Below are positions 61,807 through 64,000 of a stretch of 64,000 nucleotides of DNA, piece by piece. Positions within the stretch are counted from its first letter, which is position 1. Each line of letters starts with the position of its first letter. The translations under genes were made by a program, and so were the position numbers. Below the pieces are notes generated by a model that was given only the letters and a program-made list of their open reading frames with translations, ran no database searches and had not been told where the DNA came from. This stretch comes from an uncultured delta proteobacterium (GTDB lineage: Bacteria; Myxococcota; UBA727; VGSZ01), in the NCBI GenBank assembly GCA_963775425.1, contig CAVZJB010000008.1, positions 355,424 to 419,423 of the forward strand, written 5' to 3'.

Positions 61807-64000
61807 TCAGCCTCTGCCGGTCTGCACGACGTCGTCGTCGTTTCCAGAGCCCTGCGCGTTGCGCTCGCTCGTGTGCTGCTCCTGGTTGAAGTCGATGCTG
61901 CCATCCGGCTGGATGGTCCCTTGGAAGCCGGCGCCGGACGTCACCGTGTCTGTGGTGCTCTCACACGGCGTTGTGTGGGTGAAGGTCATGGGTGCTTGCA
62001 TCGTCACGAGCAAGCCGCCCCCGAAGACGGTCACGAACACGGGAAGACCGAGGTCGCCCGTGACCGTGTCGTCCACCGACACCGCACACGGGTCGGTCTG
62101 TCCAGAGTCGGTTTTTCGAAAGGTGCTCGAGTAGGTCCCCGCGACGGAGACAGCCTCATACGTTCCGTCTCCGATCTCTCTTAGGGCCACATCGACGACG
62201 ACTTCGTCGTGTGTGGTCTCGTGGAGCTCCTGGGGGCCGCCGAAGTCGTAGTAGTTGTCCTGCAAGTGGTCGTGCGTGAGGGCGATGGTGCCGCTGACGA
62301 CGCGATGGTCCACGCTGACCTGTGCCGACTTGATGATGTCGACCCCGTTTACGGGGAGCCTTCCGGTGACGGTGAGGGTGCCAGCGCTCGAGGGTGCGGT
62401 GAGGGTCGCGCAGGCGGCGCCGCTGTCGTCCGTGGTCATGCTGGCGGCGAGCGTGCCGCCCGTCGTCGTCAAGGCGATAAGCTGGCCAGCGATGGGCGTG
62501 CCGCGCGAGAACACGGTCGCGCACACGGACGTGCTCTCGTTGACCTGGACGCTGTTCGGGTCCACGGAGAGGTCGAACTGCGCATCGCCGTCGAGCGTCA
62601 CCGCGATCGTCCCCTGCGAGGTGCTGGCACCGTCCGGCAGCGTGGCGCGCGCGATGATGCCGACGTCCTTGTCACCGAGCACGAAGGGGTTCGGCGCCGT
62701 GTAGTGGATGCACGACGCTCCCGTGGTGGTGCCCGACGACAGAAAGTCGATGGCGCCCACGGGCTCCTGGCGATCCCACTCCACGCTGAAGTCATCGATG
62801 ACGTTGCCGACCGCATCCTTGACCTGCGCGCACACGGTGACCTCAGCGCCGGGCGTGTCGACGATCGGCGGGGTTGCCGTCAGCTCCAGGGTGACGGGCT
62901 CCTGCACGAAGAAGGTCCCCGGCGCGATGTCGATCGCGGCGAACGCAGCGTCGGCGGACTGCGCGGTCACGACGACGCGGACGGCGCGCGGCCAATCGAC
63001 GTCGGGTCGCGTGAACACCTTGCCCGAGACGCGCCCGTCGCTGTCGGTGGCCTGCGACGACGTCTCGGGCGTGGCTCCGGTGGCGTCGAAGCTCAAGACC
63101 CCCTGGGCACCGATAACCACGTTGTTGGGCCCCCTCAGCTCGAAGCGGCTCGAGAGCGTGACCGCCGCGTCCGAGGGCGCCAGCTGAGACGGTCCGTCGA
63201 GCGCCAACACGAAGCGCACGCAGAAGTCGAGGACGGGAACGTCGACACCCGCCTGAATGAAGTCGGCCTGGAGCTCGACCGGAACGTTGAGCCACGCGGT
63301 CAGATCGGTGGGCTCGATGACGTCGCGACCGGGGATGCAGCGCGGCGCCATCCTGTCGCGATAGAGCTCGATGCCGGCGTCCGACACGGCGGTCTGCCCC
63401 TCGAGCTGCAGAGTCCCCAGAGTCGTCTCGCTGCCTGGCGCGTCGGCGAAATCCTGGAGGGTCAGCCGGTCGACCGCGACACTGAAGCGTGCGAACGCGC
63501 GCGTCGCCGCGTGGAACGCATCGACGCTGCGCGGGACCTCGGCAATGCGCGGCTCCACGATCTGGTGGTACTGGGTCCCGAGCGCAAACGCCTGCGCCTC
63601 CAGTGCCGCGGTGACTGCCGCCAGCGCCTCCTCCTCTGCCGACAACGCCGCAGAGGCCTCGGACGCGCTTGCGATGGCGGCGTTCGAGAAATGCAGGACC
63701 GGCATGGAGAAGCCATCCTCCGTGGGCGCGGCGAACACCATCTCGACGCCGGCCACGCCCTCCTGGAAGGCGAGCCCGACCATTACGCCCGACGCGGGAA
63801 TGGTCGCGGTGAGAAACGCCGGGACCGAGAAGGCGAGGCCGTCCGGCTCGAAGCGCACCACCGCCGCGTTCGGGAGCTGCGCGCTGGTCGCCTCCCGCAG
63901 CGTGACCTCAACGTCCTCCGCCACGGCGCCGGGCGGAATCTCGAGCGCATAGGTGAAGCGGGTTCCCACCAGGGTGAGCAGAGCCCCTGCGTCCGGTGTG
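61807..64000 (-). CDS. Ig-like lipoprotein, copy 2 (runs off the right edge; C-terminus altered)
   Basis: Near-identical to 52500-54682; ends VVQTGRG instead of VVQTGILQ; R>W change near 62994. Confidence 0.8.
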   Translation of the reverse strand, partial: TPDAGALLTLVGTRFTYALEIPPGAVAEDVEVTLREATSAQLPNAAVVRFEPDGLAFSVPAFLTATIPASGVMVGLAFQEGVAGVEMVFAAPTEDGFSMPVLHFSNAAIASASEASAALSAEEEALAAVTAALEAQAFALGTQYHQIVEPRIAEVPRSVDAFHAATRAFARFSVAVDRLTLQDFADAPGSETTLGTLQLEGQTAVSDAGIELYRDRMAPRCIPGRDVIEPTDLTAWLNVPVELQADFIQAGVDVPVLDFCVRFVLALDGPSQLAPSDAAVTLSSRFELRGPNNVVIGAQGVLSFDATGATPETSSQATDSDGRVSGKVFTRPDVDWPRAVRVVVTAQSADAAFAAIDIAPGTFFVQEPVTLELTATPPIVDTPGAEVTVCAQVKDAVGNVIDDFSVEWDRQEPVGAIDFLSSGTTTGASCIHYTAPNPFVLGDKDVGIIARATLPDGASTSQGTIAVTLDGDAQFDLSVDPNSVQVNESTSVCATVFSRGTPIAGQLIALTTTGGTLAASMTTDDSGAACATLTAPSSAGTLTVTGRLPVNGVDIIKSAQVSVDHRVVSGTIALTHDHLQDNYYDFGGPQELHETTHDEVVVDVALREIGDGTYEAVSVAGTYSSTFRKTDSGQTDPCAVSVDDTVTGDLGLPVFVTVFGGGLLVTMQAPMTFTHTTPCESTTDTVTSGAGFQGTIQPDGSIDFNQEQHTSERNAQGSGNDDDVVQTGRG

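Noticed and set aside
51348-64000. Retron, DGR or intact retroelement
   Set aside because: No reverse transcriptase ORF is present; the duplicated gene shows no adenine-specific variation.

Overview
High-GC, Myxococcota-like chromosomal window. Bases 1-35 kb and 44-48.7 kb are mostly ordinary core and signalling genes (FHA/TPR proteins, SDRs, MarR, PPK2-type pap, corA, manC/manB, ECF sigma/anti-sigma, two-component systems, DciA-like, MoxR-DUF58-transglutaminase, a Hanks-type kinase-like/TPR/Cys-rich surface operon, tadA, thiD). The main find is a translationally coupled minus-strand RiPP-like operon at ~35.0-44.1 kb. It encodes a PqqD/RRE protein, a 1636-aa Ig-like/FG-GAP lipoprotein, a 58-aa precursor peptide missing from the ORF track (38606-38782, YxxP leader motif, two Cys, GGR, C-terminal Ser), an HprK-like kinase, a radical SAM/SPASM enzyme, a PRMT-like methyltransferase (double-E and THW loops) and an S24/S26 peptidase. 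From ~48.8 kb on is a scrambled mobile/accessory region: IS91/ISCR-like elements (one intact, one truncated with an inverted end, one solo end), ISKra4 and IS66 fragments, a probable group II intron 5' remnant, an orphan frameshifted Rhs toxin with a low-GC candidate immunity gene, and a ~2.2-kb near-identical duplication of an Ig-like lipoprotein gene. All product calls come from motif recognition by eye; no database searches were run.
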